Source of the DNA: an uncultured Acidobacteriota bacterium
Lineage (GTDB): Bacteria > Acidobacteriota > Thermoanaerobaculia > UBA5066
Assembly (NCBI GenBank): GCA_963779415.1
Contig: CAVZYA010000002.1
Coordinates: 1,536,001-1,600,000, forward strand
Reading direction: 5' to 3'
Length of the DNA stretch: 64,000 nt
Positions 19,895 through 30,995 of the stretch are shown here, one piece after another (positions within the stretch are counted from its first letter, which is position 1; every line of letters begins with the position of its first letter). The notes beneath the pieces are model-generated. The model had not been told where the DNA came from. It saw only the letters and a list, made by a program, of their open reading frames with translations, and made no database searches. The translations under genes and the position numbers were made by a program.

Positions 19895-22881
19895 ACGGCC
19901 CCGGAAAGTCGATCCGGATCGTCGGCGCCCGGACCCACAACCTGCACGGCGTCTCGTGCGACGTGCCGATCGGGAAGCTGACCGTCGTGACCGGGCCGTC
20001 CGGCTCCGGAAAGTCGTCGCTCGCGTTCGACACGCTCTACGCGGAAGGGCAGCGGCGGTTCGTCGAGTCGATGTCCACATACGCGCGCCAGTACCTCGAG
20101 CGGCTCGAGCGTCCGGACGTCGACGCCATCGACCACGTTCTTCCGGCCGTCGCGGTGGAGCAGAAAGCGCCCGCGCGCTCGGCACGCTCGACGGTCGGGA
20201 CCGCGACGGAGATCCACGACGTCCTCCGCCTCCTCTACGCTTCGATTGGTACGCTCACGTGCCCGGACGACGGCAGGCCTGTCCGGCGCCACACGCCCGA
20301 GAGCGTCCGGAAGGCGCTCCTGTCTGCCTTCGGAGAAGGGGCCCGGATCCTCGTCATCGCGCCGCGAAAGCCGGAGCGTTTCGACGAGGAAGTCGCCGGC
20401 TGGCGCAGACTCGGTTTCTTCCGCTGTGTCTCCGCGGCGGGAGAGGTCCTGGAGATTTCTTCGAAGGAGACGACGCCGGTCGACGCGCGGGGGCGCGTCC
20501 CGCTCCTCGTGGGACGGCACGTCCTCTCGTCCGGCGACCCGGAGGTTCTCTCTTCAGTTTCGATGGCATTCGACATCGGTGACGGCGAGCTTCTCGGTCT
20601 CAGGCACGCGGAAGAGCTTTCCTCCGCCCGCCGCTTCTTTCGCGGACTCGTCTGTGACGGCTGCGGCCGGGCGGTCGCCGAGCCGGTGCCGGCGCTCTTT
20701 TCGTTCAACTCGCCGCGTGGTGCCTGTCCCTCGTGTCAGGGATTCGGCCGCCTGGCCGGAATCGACCCGAAAAAGGTCCTCCCCGACCCGGAAAGGTCGA
20801 TCGCCGGGAGGCCGTTCGCGCCGTTCAACTCGCCCGCCTACGAAAGCGCGTACGCCGACCTCGCACGCGCCTGCCGCCGGCTGAAGATCCGCCGCGAGGT
20901 GCCGTGGAACCGGCTGCCGGCGCGCGACAGGCGCCTCGTCTGGGACGGAGACGGAGACTGGTACGGGGTCAAGGGGCTCTTCGAGTGGCTGGAGAAGAAG
21001 CGCTACAAGGTCCACGTTCGCGTCTTCCTCTCCCGCTACCGGGGTTACACGACCTGTCCGGCCTGCGGCGGAGCGCGCCTGGTCCCGGAGGCGCTCGCCG
21101 TGACCGTGCGCGGGAAGAACATCGCCTCTCTCTGCGATCTCACGTTCGCCGGGCTCCTCGACTTCCTTCGCGGGGCGGATTGGACGGAGGTCGAGCGGGA
21201 ACGGGCGGGTCCGCTCCTTTCGGACCTCCTCCAGCGCGTCGGGACGCTCGTGGAGCTGGGCCTTCCCTACCTCTCGCTCTCGCGGCCGATGCGGACGCTC
21301 TCCGGCGGCGAGGCACAGCGTCTCCAGCTCGGCGCCGCCATCGGCAACTCCCTCACGGGGACGCTCTACGTTCTCGACGAGCCGACGGTCGGGCTCCATC
21401 CCCGCGACACCGGCCGGCTCCTCGGGGCGATCCGCCGCCTCGCCCTCCGGGGAAACGCCGTCGTCGCCGTCGAGCACGACCTCGCGGTGATTCGTGCTGC
21501 CGACCACGTGATCGACCTCGGCCCGGGGGCGGGAGTCCACGGCGGCCGGGTCGTCTTCGAGGGGACGCCGGCCGCGCTTACGAAGGCCGACACCGCGACG
21601 GGAAGGGCCCTCCGAGAAGAGAGATTCTTTGAGGGGGAAGACCGGCAGGCCGAGAGGGCGGAGCGCGACGAGCTGCAGCTTCGCGTGGCGGAGGGTGTCC
21701 GCGCCTTCGGTGCGAGTCCGCAAGACGAAAGAGAACCTGCTGATATCCGGCGGCTGCTGAAGCAGCCGCCGATAGCAGAGAACGTGCTCTCGGCTGACCG
21801 GAGTCAAGGGCGCGCTTCGCGCGCCGCGAAGCGGTCGCTGACCCTTGACACCGGTCAGCCGAGGGCTACCCCCAGGAAGACCTTTCTCCGCGTTTTCGGC
21901 GCCCGGGCGAATAACCTCAGGAACCTCTTCGTGTCCTTTCCCCTCAACCGGCTCGTCGCGGTCTGCGGGGTTTCGGGGTCGGGGAAGTCGTCGCTCGTCG
22001 TGGACGTCCTCGCGGCCGGGGCACGCCAGCGGCTCGGCCTTTCGCTCCCGCCCGGCGTGGACGAGACGGGGGCGCACGACAGGATCGAGGGACTCGAAGC
22101 CCTGACGGAGGTCGCCCTCGTCGACCAGTCGCCTCTCGGCCGCTCGGCCCGGTCGAATCCCGCGACGTACACGAAGGCGTGGGACGAGGTTCGCGCGCTC
22201 CTCGCCCGGACGCCCGCCGCGAAACGCCTCGGCCTCCCACCCGGCCGGTTCAGCTTCAACGCGAAAGGGGGCCGGTGCGAGCGGTGCGAAGGGGCCGGGA
22301 CGGTCCTCGTCGACATGCAGTTCCTCGCCGACGTCACGGTCGTCTGCGACGTCTGCGAGGGGCGGCGTTTCCGGAGGGAAGTTCTCTCCGTCCGACTGCG
22401 CGGCCGGAACGTCCACGAGCTTCTCGCGACGACGGTGGACGAGGCGCGGTCGCTGTTCGAGGACGTCCCGTCCCTTGCCGGCCGGCTGGCCCCGCTCGCG
22501 GCGGCCGGGCTCGGCTACCTGACGCTCGGCCAGCCGACGGCGACGCTTTCGGGAGGGGAGGCGCAGCGGCTGAAGGTGGCGTCCTTCCTCCGGAGAGGGG
22601 GGGCGCCGGGACGGGTCCTCTTCCTCTTCGACGAGCCGACGACCGGACTTCATGCCGCCGACGTGACCGTCCTTCTTCGCGTCTTCCGGGGACTCCTCGC
22701 CGCGGGACACTCGATCGTCGCCGTCGAGCACAACCCGGGTTTTCTCTCGGCCGCGGACCATCTGATCGAGCTGGGGCCGGACGGCGGCCCGGAGGGAGGC
22801 GCGATCGTCTTCGAGGGTCCGCCCGCGCTCCTCGCGTCGCGCGGCGGAACGGCCACGGCAGCCGCTCTTCGCGGGACGTAG
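19891..22881 (+). CDS. uvrA: Excinuclease ABC subunit A (probably a UvrA paralog)
   Basis: GARTHNL, TGPSGSGKSSLAFDTLYAEGQRR, two LSGGEAQRL signatures, Zn-finger CxxC pairs. Confidence 0.9.
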   Translation: MNGPGKSIRIVGARTHNLHGVSCDVPIGKLTVVTGPSGSGKSSLAFDTLYAEGQRRFVESMSTYARQYLERLERPDVDAIDHVLPAVAVEQKAPARSARSTVGTATEIHDVLRLLYASIGTLTCPDDGRPVRRHTPESVRKALLSAFGEGARILVIAPRKPERFDEEVAGWRRLGFFRCVSAAGEVLEISSKETTPVDARGRVPLLVGRHVLSSGDPEVLSSVSMAFDIGDGELLGLRHAEELSSARRFFRGLVCDGCGRAVAEPVPALFSFNSPRGACPSCQGFGRLAGIDPKKVLPDPERSIAGRPFAPFNSPAYESAYADLARACRRLKIRREVPWNRLPARDRRLVWDGDGDWYGVKGLFEWLEKKRYKVHVRVFLSRYRGYTTCPACGGARLVPEALAVTVRGKNIASLCDLTFAGLLDFLRGADWTEVERERAGPLLSDLLQRVGTLVELGLPYLSLSRPMRTLSGGEAQRLQLGAAIGNSLTGTLYVLDEPTVGLHPRDTGRLLGAIRRLALRGNAVVAVEHDLAVIRAADHVIDLGPGAGVHGGRVVFEGTPAALTKADTATGRALREERFFEGEDRQAERAERDELQLRVAEGVRAFGASPQDEREPADIRRLLKQPPIAENVLSADRSQGRASRAAKRSLTLDTGQPRATPRKTFLRVFGARANNLRNLFVSFPLNRLVAVCGVSGSGKSSLVVDVLAAGARQRLGLSLPPGVDETGAHDRIEGLEALTEVALVDQSPLGRSARSNPATYTKAWDEVRALLARTPAAKRLGLPPGRFSFNAKGGRCERCEGAGTVLVDMQFLADVTVVCDVCEGRRFRREVLSVRLRGRNVHELLATTVDEARSLFEDVPSLAGRLAPLAAAGLGYLTLGQPTATLSGGEAQRLKVASFLRRGGAPGRVLFLFDEPTTGLHAADVTVLLRVFRGLLAAGHSIVAVEHNPGFLSAADHLIELGPDGGPEGGAIVFEGPPALLASRGGTATAAALRGT
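21748..21863. repeat. Palindromic elements inside the uvrA interdomain linker
   Basis: CGGCGGCTGC-TGAA-GCAGCCGCCG (21748-21771); 13-bp perfect IR CTCGGCTGACCGG/CCGGTCAGCCGAG (21789-21863) enclosing GTCAAGGG...CCCTTGAC. Confidence 0.8.
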
Positions 22882-22894
22882 AATCGCATCCATC

Positions 22895-23986
22895 GTGGGC
22901 AGCGATACGTGGCGCTATCTCCTGACGGTCGACGGGCGTCCGGTGGAGATCTCCGACGGCGAGGCGACGCTCGGCCGGAGCCGGACGGCGACCATCCGCG
23001 TCGAGCACGATTCGGTCTCGCGGTCTCACGCTCTCGTGACGCTTCAGCACGGCGACGTGACGATCCGCGACCTGAACTCCTCGAACGGAACGTGGATCGC
23101 CGGGCGCCGTATCACGGAGGAGGTTCCGCTTCGGGACGGCAGCCGTGTCCAGCTCGGGGCCGCCGCCGTTGTCCTCAGGATCATTCCGCCCGAAGGCGCC
23201 CTGTCGGAGAAGACGACCCATCTCGAGACGAACGGGGGGCCTCCGCCGGTGGCGATCGGCGCGGACGGAGCGGCCGCAGCCGAACCGCCTCCATCACCTT
23301 CGTCGGCGGAGAGTCTCTTTTCGGAGATCGACCGCGAGGCCCTTCAGTCGGTCTCCACGCCTGTCGTCCACGAGGAGATCCTCCTTCCGGTTCCGGCCCC
23401 GCCGCAGGCGCCCGTACCGCCGCCGTCGGTTGAGGACGTCTCGCTCGCGATCGGGACCCCGGGAGCGGCGCGGAATGCGCCGTCCCGGCCCCGCTCGGCC
23501 GAACGGCGCGTCGAGGCAGGCGGAACGGGAGGTCCGGAGCCGGCGCGGCTCGGCCCACGCGTCGCGGCGACGCTCGTCGACGCCGTCATCCTCGCGGCGA
23601 TGAACGCCGTCCTTCTTTCGCCGGCCTTCCTCATCTCGTACTTCCAGCCCGCGATCCCGTCGGCTCCCCGCGGCAACGACCGGGTTTTTCTCGGCATCCT
23701 CGTCCTCTGCGGGATCCTCGTCGTCGCCGCCGACCTGCTTTACACGGCCGGACTCTGGGCCCTTCGCGGGAGGACGCCCGGAAAGTCGATTCTCGAGCTC
23801 GCGATCGTCCGCGGCGGCAGGCAGCCTGGAGAGGGCATCGGCTGGGGGCCGGCGCTCATCCGCTGTCTCGTGATGGCGGTGGGGGCAATCCCGCTCTTCG
23901 CCGGATGGTGGAGCGCGGCCCTGCGGAAGGACCGGCGATCCTGGCACGACCTTGCCGCCGGGACCCGTGTCGTCCGGATGCGGTGA
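22895..23986 (+). CDS. FHA domain + RDD family membrane protein
   Basis: LGRS...VSRSHA...DLNSSNGT (FHA); RVAATLVD, GRTPGK, SWHDLAAGTRVV (RDD). Confidence 0.9.
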   Translation: MGSDTWRYLLTVDGRPVEISDGEATLGRSRTATIRVEHDSVSRSHALVTLQHGDVTIRDLNSSNGTWIAGRRITEEVPLRDGSRVQLGAAAVVLRIIPPEGALSEKTTHLETNGGPPPVAIGADGAAAAEPPPSPSSAESLFSEIDREALQSVSTPVVHEEILLPVPAPPQAPVPPPSVEDVSLAIGTPGAARNAPSRPRSAERRVEAGGTGGPEPARLGPRVAATLVDAVILAAMNAVLLSPAFLISYFQPAIPSAPRGNDRVFLGILVLCGILVVAADLLYTAGLWALRGRTPGKSILELAIVRGGRQPGEGIGWGPALIRCLVMAVGAIPLFAGWWSAALRKDRRSWHDLAAGTRVVRMR

Positions 23987-23996
23987 CCGCCGGGCG

Positions 23997-24833
23997 TCAG
24001 CCGGAGAGCAGGGCGCGGAGAGCCGGAGAAAGCCAGGCCTCCTCGCTTCGCGGAGAGCCGCCGCGCTTGCGGTAGGCCGCGAGGCTCTTCTTCGCCTTCG
24101 CGAGGAGAGAAGGATCCCGGCTCCCTTCGAGAACGTAGCGCGATCCAAAGAGGACCGCGGAAAGAAGCTCGGGCTCCGCGGCGTCGGGAGAGACCGCGCG
24201 GACGCGCTGAAGCTCCGCTTCGGCTTCCCGGAACCGTCCCTGCGCGATGGCTTCGATGAGCGGCGTCAGCGAGACGACGGTGGGAGGGGCGATTCGGCTC
24301 TCGGCGATCCTTCGAGGCTGGGCCGGTGCGTCGGGCCGCCGCGACGCGGCCGCTGGAGTCGGTATCGGCGCCGCGGTGGGACCGGGCGTGGGCGCTCGCC
24401 GGGCCACCTCGCGCTCGTCGAGAATACGGATTCGCGAGAGGAGATCCGCGAACTCCGGGTGCCGCTCGATCACGCCGGCCTCCCGAGAGAGAAGAAAGTT
24501 CCTTCGGGCCGCCTCCTCCTCGCCGATCTCCATCTGGGCGACGCCGAGCCAGTAGTAAGGGTCGTACCACTCCAACTGGTAGCGGCTGGTCCCGAAGCGC
24601 TCGTCGGCCCGGGTGTGCCCCGTCGCGAGGGCGGCATTCATCCGGTCGATCGCCGCCCGGAAGTCCTTCTTCTTCAGCGCTTCGAGGCCGAGCTCGTACT
24701 CCCGGACGGCCGCGTCGCGGGGTAAGATGGTGGACTGCGCGGCTGCGGGAGTGGCCGCAAAGAGGCTCGCGAGAACGGCCCCGGCGAGAACGCGTGGGAT
24801 CGCGTGCCGGGCGGGACACTTCAGACGGTTCAC
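23997..24833 (-). CDS. Secreted TPR-like protein
   Basis: Signal peptide ending AAAQ, helical TPR-like segments (YYWLGVAQME), Pro-rich linker; start approximate. Confidence 0.6.
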   Translation of the reverse strand: MNRLKCPARHAIPRVLAGAVLASLFAATPAAAQSTILPRDAAVREYELGLEALKKKDFRAAIDRMNAALATGHTRADERFGTSRYQLEWYDPYYWLGVAQMEIGEEEAARRNFLLSREAGVIERHPEFADLLSRIRILDEREVARRAPTPGPTAAPIPTPAAASRRPDAPAQPRRIAESRIAPPTVVSLTPLIEAIAQGRFREAEAELQRVRAVSPDAAEPELLSAVLFGSRYVLEGSRDPSLLAKAKKSLAAYRKRGGSPRSEEAWLSPALRALLSG

Positions 24834-24867
24834 CGGAGCCGATTCTAGGAGCGGGAAGGCGTCACGG

Positions 24868-27800
24868 TTGAGAGGATTCGTCGGGACAGGGAAATGGGCC
24901 GTTGCGGCGCTGCTCCTCACGCGAGCCGCCGCGATGGACGGACAGACGTCGGCGGGGGGAGCGCCCGGCGCTTCGGCCATGGTCTGCCCGCTCCCGAATC
25001 TCGTCCTCGTCGGCCCGTCCTCCCTGCGCTCCGGAAGCACCTACTCCCTCTCCTGGAACGACGCCCTCGGCGGCGCTCCGGGCACGGTCTACGGTGTCGA
25101 ACGGACGGCCGATCCCACCTTCGCGACCGGAGTCTCCCGATACTCGACCAGCCAGACGTCGTTCGCTTTTCCGGCGCTCGTCCTCTCCTCGGCGAAAGTC
25201 TCCACCCTCTACCATCGCGTGTCGACGAAGAACCCCTGTACGACCCCCGCTTCCACGGCGACATCACAGGTACTGGCCATCCCGGTCAGTGCGGGCTGCC
25301 CGGCGCCGGGAACCCTCGGCACCATCAGCGTCAGCCCGCCCCGCCCGCCTTCCGGTTCCACGTACGTCGTGACGTGGTTCCACGTCGGCCCCGGCGTCGC
25401 CGGCGCCCAGGGCACGCTCGACGGAATCGTTTTTCGCGTCCGGCGGACGACGGCGGACGGTACGAACGAGTGGGTCACCGACCAGACCTCCGCGTCGTTC
25501 ATCGATTCGCCGGGAACCTACGAGTACGAGGCGCGGGCCGAGGCGACGTGCGGCACGGCCGGCCCATGGACGGCTCCGATCCAGGTGGAGGTCGTGCCGT
25601 CCGGCCCCCAGCTCGTCCTCGTGTCGGCCCCGAAGCCGATCGTCGTCTCCTGGCCGCTTTCGGCCGTGCCGGCGACGCGATTCACAGTCCGGAACGCCGG
25701 CGTCGGGGAGGCGGCGGCCGTGACCGTCTCGACGACCGCCGGAGCGCTGGCCGTGGCTCCGAAGAGCTTCACGCTCGCCCCGGGCCAGACGCAGGACGTC
25801 GTCGCGACTCTCGTCGCCGCGATTTCGATGCTGCAGAGCGCGAGCGTCACGATCCGGCTGGACGCGGGGAGCGGCGTCTCTCTCGCGGTCCCCGTCAGCT
25901 TTCTCGCGGCCTCGCCGTCGTCGAATGCCGTCCTCTGGAATCTCGCCAGCGCCGACGTGGACACGACGGGCGATCCGGTCTCCGTGAAGATCCTGAATCC
26001 GAACTACACGGCGTCGCCGTTCGCGACCGTGATCGGGGTCCCGTGGCTCTCGGTCGATTCCTTCGACGGAACGAGCTGGAACCGTCCGCTCGGCGCGCGC
26101 GAGGTGCGAAGCGTGCAGATCGTCGTCGACCGGTCGAAGCGACGCTCGGCGACGGGAACCGAGACCGGAACGATCACTCTCATCACGCCCGGAGCCGCGG
26201 AAAGCCCGAGCGTGCTCGTCGTCTCGGATGACGGCACGGCGCCGACGATCACCGTATCGCCCGGCGGCGTCGGGGCGCCCACGGGCATCGGGGGCTCGCC
26301 GGCCCAGACGCGGATCCTCTTCCCGTCGCTGGCCAACAACGCGGACGCCAAGGGTGTCGGCTGGTTCTCGTCCGACGTCTGGGTGACGAACTCGGATGCG
26401 TCGAATCCGGCGGACATCGCGATTTTCATGACCCCCGTCGTGCGCCCGACGATTGCCGGCCCCGGGGTCGCCCTTCCGGTCGCGCCGAACGTCCAGCGCA
26501 TCGACGCGCGGCTCTCACCCGGCGAGACGCGCCGCTTCCGCAACCTCCTGGCGTCCGCCTCTCTCTCGGGCGCCGCGTCCGTCGAGGTCCGATCGACGGC
26601 GACGACCGTCTCCGCAACGGCCGTCGTCAACAACCAGCCCAATACGCCCGAGGCGGCGGTCTACAGCCTTTCGACGGGCGATCCGGTGGACCAGACGCCC
26701 GTCCAGCCGGCTCCGCGGTATTTCGGCTCCGAGATGCGCCCGGTTGCCCCGGGTGAAGGGGCGAAAGCTTCGGACCCGCAATTCGTCGTCTCCGGCATCG
26801 CCTACGACCCGAGCCGGCGGACGAACCTCATTCTCGCGGAGACCTCGGGACAGGACACGGTCGTTCGTATCCAGCTCTACCAGTCGAGCGGAGATCCGGC
26901 GACGATCGGAGGAGCGCCCGTCGACATGACGCTGCTCGTCCCCGCGGGCCAGACGGTGCAGGTCAACTACCCGGACCTTTTCGACGACGCGGCGGCTTAC
27001 GTGAGTCCCTACTTCTACGCTCTCGTCACGTATCAGCCGGGATCCGGCGTCGGCGGCTCCGTCGTTCCGATGGCAACGGTCCTCGACGACCGGACCCAGG
27101 ACTTCTCGCTTCACGTCGGCTCTTCCACGCGGGCCCTCGACCCCGCGAACCTGCCGACCTCCCAGCTCCGGTCCTCTCCCGGGGGGGCGTTTTCCCTCTC
27201 AGGCGTCAGCGCGAGCCTTCCGTACGGCGGCGGCCCCTCTCCGCTCTTCTTCCCGGCGGGTCACGCGCTCGGCGCTCCGCTTGGCAGCGGGAGACAGCCG
27301 CGGTGGCGAACGCGCGTGACGATGACGAACACCGGGGGCGATCAGCGCCGCATCATTCTCGAGTTCGTGGAGAAGAGCGGTAACGGCGCCAAGGAAAACC
27401 TCGTCGCGGGCCCCATCTTCCTCGGTCCGAAGACCGTCGTCCATTGGGAGGACTTCATCGGCGAGGTGTTCGTCGTCACCGCGGGGGGCGGATCGCAGCC
27501 CCCTCCGGCGGACGAGACCTTCTACGGCAGCATGCGGATCGACGTCGCTTCCGGGGGCGACAGCCAGACGACCTGGAAGGACGTCGACGTGCAGACCGAG
27601 ATCTACACCGTCGACCCGAACGCCACGACGAGTCCCCCGGGGGAGTTCAAGACAGGGATGGAGGGGTTACCCCTACTGGCACGGCTACTCCTCGTTCCAG
27701 TCGAACCTCGGCTCCCTTCAGATGGAGGGGGCCGAAAGCTCCTCGTCCTACCGGACGAACCTGATCCTTCAGGAGACGGGGGGAGCGTCCGCGGATGTCG

Positions 27801-28061
27801 CCGTCGCGGTCTATACGGCGGGCTCGTTCGTCCCGCTCGCGCAGACGACGATCTCGCTCGCGCCCTACGACTATCTCGAACCGCGAGCTGTTCCGGAGCG
27901 TTCTCGGCCTCGACCTCAGCGACCTGACCGACGTGAGGGTCGTCATCCGCCAGGTGGCCGGCGACGGCGTCTTCATGGCCTTCGTCTCCAAGATCAATCT
28001 CGCCACGGGCGACCCGGCCAACATCTTCCTGAGGCCCGCCATGGCCGGTACCGGACGGTGA
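24868..28061 (+). CDS. Large secreted beta-rich protein (FN3/Ig-like plus repeated domains); frameshifts near 27670 and 27880
   Basis: Signal-like N-terminus, YEYEARAE FN3-like strands, repeated WFSSDVWVTN/WRTRVTMTN and RTNLIL units; C-terminus continues in ORFs 27722 and 27795. Confidence 0.7.
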
Positions 28062-28065
28062 CGGA

Positions 28066-29514
28066 ATGGCATCGGGGGCCGTCGAGCGGATCGCCCACTA
28101 CCGGGTCCTGAAACGTATCGGCCGGGGCGGGATGGGGATCGTCTACCGCGCGGTGGACGAGCGTGACGGCCGGTCCGTCGCCCTGAAGGTCATCCGCGAG
28201 TCGGAGTCGGCGGGGATGGAGGACGCCGCGCACGCCCACGAGGCGCGCATCCGGTTCGACAGGGAAGCGGAGATCCTCCGGAGCCTTCTCCACGTCAACG
28301 TCGTGGCGTTCTACGAGATCGGCGAAGAGGACGGCACGCCCTGGCTCGCGATGGAGTACCTGGACGGAGTGCCGCTGACGTCGTTCGCCGGGCGCCCCTG
28401 GACGGAGACGGTGCCGCTTCTCATCCAGGCCGCCCACGGCCTCGAGTACCTCTCCTCGCGCGGCATCGTCCACCGGGACCTCTCGCCCGACAACATCCTC
28501 GTCATCGAGCGCGGAGGAGAGCGGATCGTCAAGCTTCTCGACTTCGGCGTCGCGAAGATGTTCGAGCGCGGAAGCGGCCTCGAGTCGCTCACGGCCACCG
28601 GTTTCTTCCTCGGAAAGGTCGCCTACGGCTCGCCCGAGCAGCTCGGCTCGCTCGGCGCGCGGACGATCCTCGACTGGCGAAGCGACGTCTACAGTCTCGG
28701 CGTCATCTTCTACCAGGTCCTCTCGGGCGAACGCCCCTTCGAGGGAAAGGTCCCGGTCGAGTACATCGCCGGGCACCTGAACGTCGTCCCCGCGCCCGTC
28801 GCGGCTCCTCCCGAGGCGCCGCCGCTCCCGATGGAGCTCGTTCGGCTCATTTCCCGGATGCTCGCGAAGCACCGCGAGGAGCGGCCCGAAAGCTGGCGCG
28901 AGATCATCGATCGTCTCGTCTCCGTCCTGCGCGACTCCGGGGCGACCGTGTCGACGCCGGCCCGGCCGCTTCCGGCCGCACCGGCCCCGGGCGGCGTGAC
29001 GGCCTCGACCTCCCTCGTCTCGCCGGACGGCGCCCCCCGGCCGAAGGATCCGCCGACGCGCCGCCTCCCGAGAGTTCGCCGAAGCCGGCGGCTGACGCTG
29101 GCCGCCGTGGCTGTCGCCGCCGCGGTGATCGGCGTTCTCTGGCTCGGGCGGCCCTCGCCGCCTCCGGGCAGCCCGGTGGCGGATGTGGCCCGCCCCTCGT
29201 TCTCCTTTCGCGCGAGGCGGACGCCGACCCCGGCCGCCGTCGCTCCGGGACGCTTGCAGCTCTTCGCGATCCCCTGGGCGCGCGTCGTTTCCATCACGGA
29301 CCTTGCGGACGAGCGTCCCCTTCCCCTTCCGGACGGGACTGTCACTCCGTTTCTCCTCACCCCGCTCGAGCCGGGGACCTATCGGATCGTCCTTGCCTGT
29401 CCGCAGCTCTCGGGAGCACAGCAGACGCGCGACGTGAAGGTGACGCCCGGGGAGACGGTGCCGATCGCCATCTCCTTCCTCCCCGCCTCGACGCTCGCCG
29501 AGCGGCTCCGATGA
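28066..29514 (+). CDS. Hanks-type Ser/Thr protein kinase with TM helix and PEGA-like extracellular domain
   Basis: IGRGGMGIVY, VALK, HRDLSPDN, DFG, SPEQ, SDVYSLG; C-terminal PWARV...LEPGTY. Confidence 0.93.
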   Translation: MASGAVERIAHYRVLKRIGRGGMGIVYRAVDERDGRSVALKVIRESESAGMEDAAHAHEARIRFDREAEILRSLLHVNVVAFYEIGEEDGTPWLAMEYLDGVPLTSFAGRPWTETVPLLIQAAHGLEYLSSRGIVHRDLSPDNILVIERGGERIVKLLDFGVAKMFERGSGLESLTATGFFLGKVAYGSPEQLGSLGARTILDWRSDVYSLGVIFYQVLSGERPFEGKVPVEYIAGHLNVVPAPVAAPPEAPPLPMELVRLISRMLAKHREERPESWREIIDRLVSVLRDSGATVSTPARPLPAAPAPGGVTASTSLVSPDGAPRPKDPPTRRLPRVRRSRRLTLAAVAVAAAVIGVLWLGRPSPPPGSPVADVARPSFSFRARRTPTPAAVAPGRLQLFAIPWARVVSITDLADERPLPLPDGTVTPFLLTPLEPGTYRIVLACPQLSGAQQTRDVKVTPGETVPIAISFLPASTLAERLR

Positions 29515-29533
29515 CATAATGCCTCTCGCTTAA

Positions 29534-30976
29534 ATGTGCCGGACACGGACTGCCGCTCTCCTTGCGGCCTTCGCGGCTGCCGTCCTGTCGGAGCGCGCCG
29601 CCGCGCAGATTGATTCGGCCCTCCTGTCGAAGCTCTCCTTCAACCTGACGAACCCGGGAGGCAAGTCGCTCGCCATGGGCGGCGCCTTCACCGCCATCGC
29701 CGACGATGCGACGGCCGCGCTCGTGAACCCGGCCGGCCTCGGCCAGCTCTCCTCGGTCCAGATGGGGCTGTCGGTCAAGCGGATCGACGAGTCGATCGGC
29801 CTCGTCACGGCCCGTTCCACGGCAACCGGAGGACTCACGGATCCGTGGGGCCCGGTCACCTCCAGCGATTCGCAGATCGGCTTTCAGAGCACGAACCTGG
29901 AGTACGCCGGGGTCGTCGTTCCGATCTCCAGCCGCGTCGTCGTCGCGGTGAGCTACGCCGAGAACCTGAGCTTCGAAGGGAGCGCCGACCCCGGCGGCTA
30001 CCAGTACGTCGAGTTCCGCGACAACCGCTCGGGAGGCGTGACGCGGCGGGATTACCTCTACGAGTACCGCGAATTCGGGGCCGTCTCGCTCCGGAACCGG
30101 CTCATCGGGCTCTCGGCCGCCTACCGGATCACCGACCGGATCCGGATCGGCGCCGGAATCACGCTCAACCGGACGACGTTCGAGATGGAGGGAGACGATG
30201 CCGGGCCGCACCGGATCGTCAGCCGGACTTTCGTCTCGGCCGTCGCCACGGAGACCCGGACGGTCACGATGAACGTGGAGGGATTCGAGGGGACGGCGCC
30301 GGCCTTCATCGGCGGAGTTCACGCGGACCTCAACGAGCGCGGCACCGTCAGCCTCGGGGCGAGCTACAGCTCGGCCGCGAGGACGGAAGGGACGCTCGTC
30401 ATCGGCGGAGACGTCCCGGCGAGTCTCCAGGGACAGGAACGGCGCCCGTTCCACTTTGCCGTCCCCTCCCAGTTCGCCGCCGGCGTCGCGGTGCGCCCCT
30501 TCCCGGGAATGACCATTGCCGGGGAAGCCCAGTGGGTCGAGTACGGCGGCGTCTGGGACGGCGCCCTGCCGGTCGTCTCGTACAGCGGCATCGTGGGCCC
30601 TTCGCCCGGAGTCCCGGTCGACAGCGCCCTCGCCACGGTAAGCTCTCCCGGCAATGCGTGGGTCCCGCGTCTCGGCGTCGAATACGTCGCGGCCTCGGGG
30701 AGCACGAGCGTCGCCTTCCGGCTCGGCTGGCACCGGGAGCCGAAGCGCGGGACGACGGAGCAGCTCGCCGTTCCCGACGGCTCCGGCAACACCTATCCGA
30801 TGAACGACCCCCCCTTCTCCGGAGGCGTCTCGACCGTCTTCAACGGCGGCACTGCCGAGAACCGGTACTCCGGCGGCCTCGGCGTGACGATCGGCCGCGC
30901 CCTGTCGCTCGATGTCGCGTTCGACGTCGGCCTCTCCGCCCAGCGCTTCGCCGCCAGCCTCTTCTGGCGGTTCTGA
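29534..30976 (+). CDS. FadL/OmpP1-like outer-membrane beta-barrel
   Basis: Signal peptide, NPGGKSLAMGGAFTAIADDATAALVNPAGL, terminal Phe. Confidence 0.85.
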   Translation: MCRTRTAALLAAFAAAVLSERAAAQIDSALLSKLSFNLTNPGGKSLAMGGAFTAIADDATAALVNPAGLGQLSSVQMGLSVKRIDESIGLVTARSTATGGLTDPWGPVTSSDSQIGFQSTNLEYAGVVVPISSRVVVAVSYAENLSFEGSADPGGYQYVEFRDNRSGGVTRRDYLYEYREFGAVSLRNRLIGLSAAYRITDRIRIGAGITLNRTTFEMEGDDAGPHRIVSRTFVSAVATETRTVTMNVEGFEGTAPAFIGGVHADLNERGTVSLGASYSSAARTEGTLVIGGDVPASLQGQERRPFHFAVPSQFAAGVAVRPFPGMTIAGEAQWVEYGGVWDGALPVVSYSGIVGPSPGVPVDSALATVSSPGNAWVPRLGVEYVAASGSTSVAFRLGWHREPKRGTTEQLAVPDGSGNTYPMNDPPFSGGVSTVFNGGTAENRYSGGLGVTIGRALSLDVAFDVGLSAQRFAASLFWRF

Positions 30977-30995
30977 AAGAAACGGGGTCGAGTCT

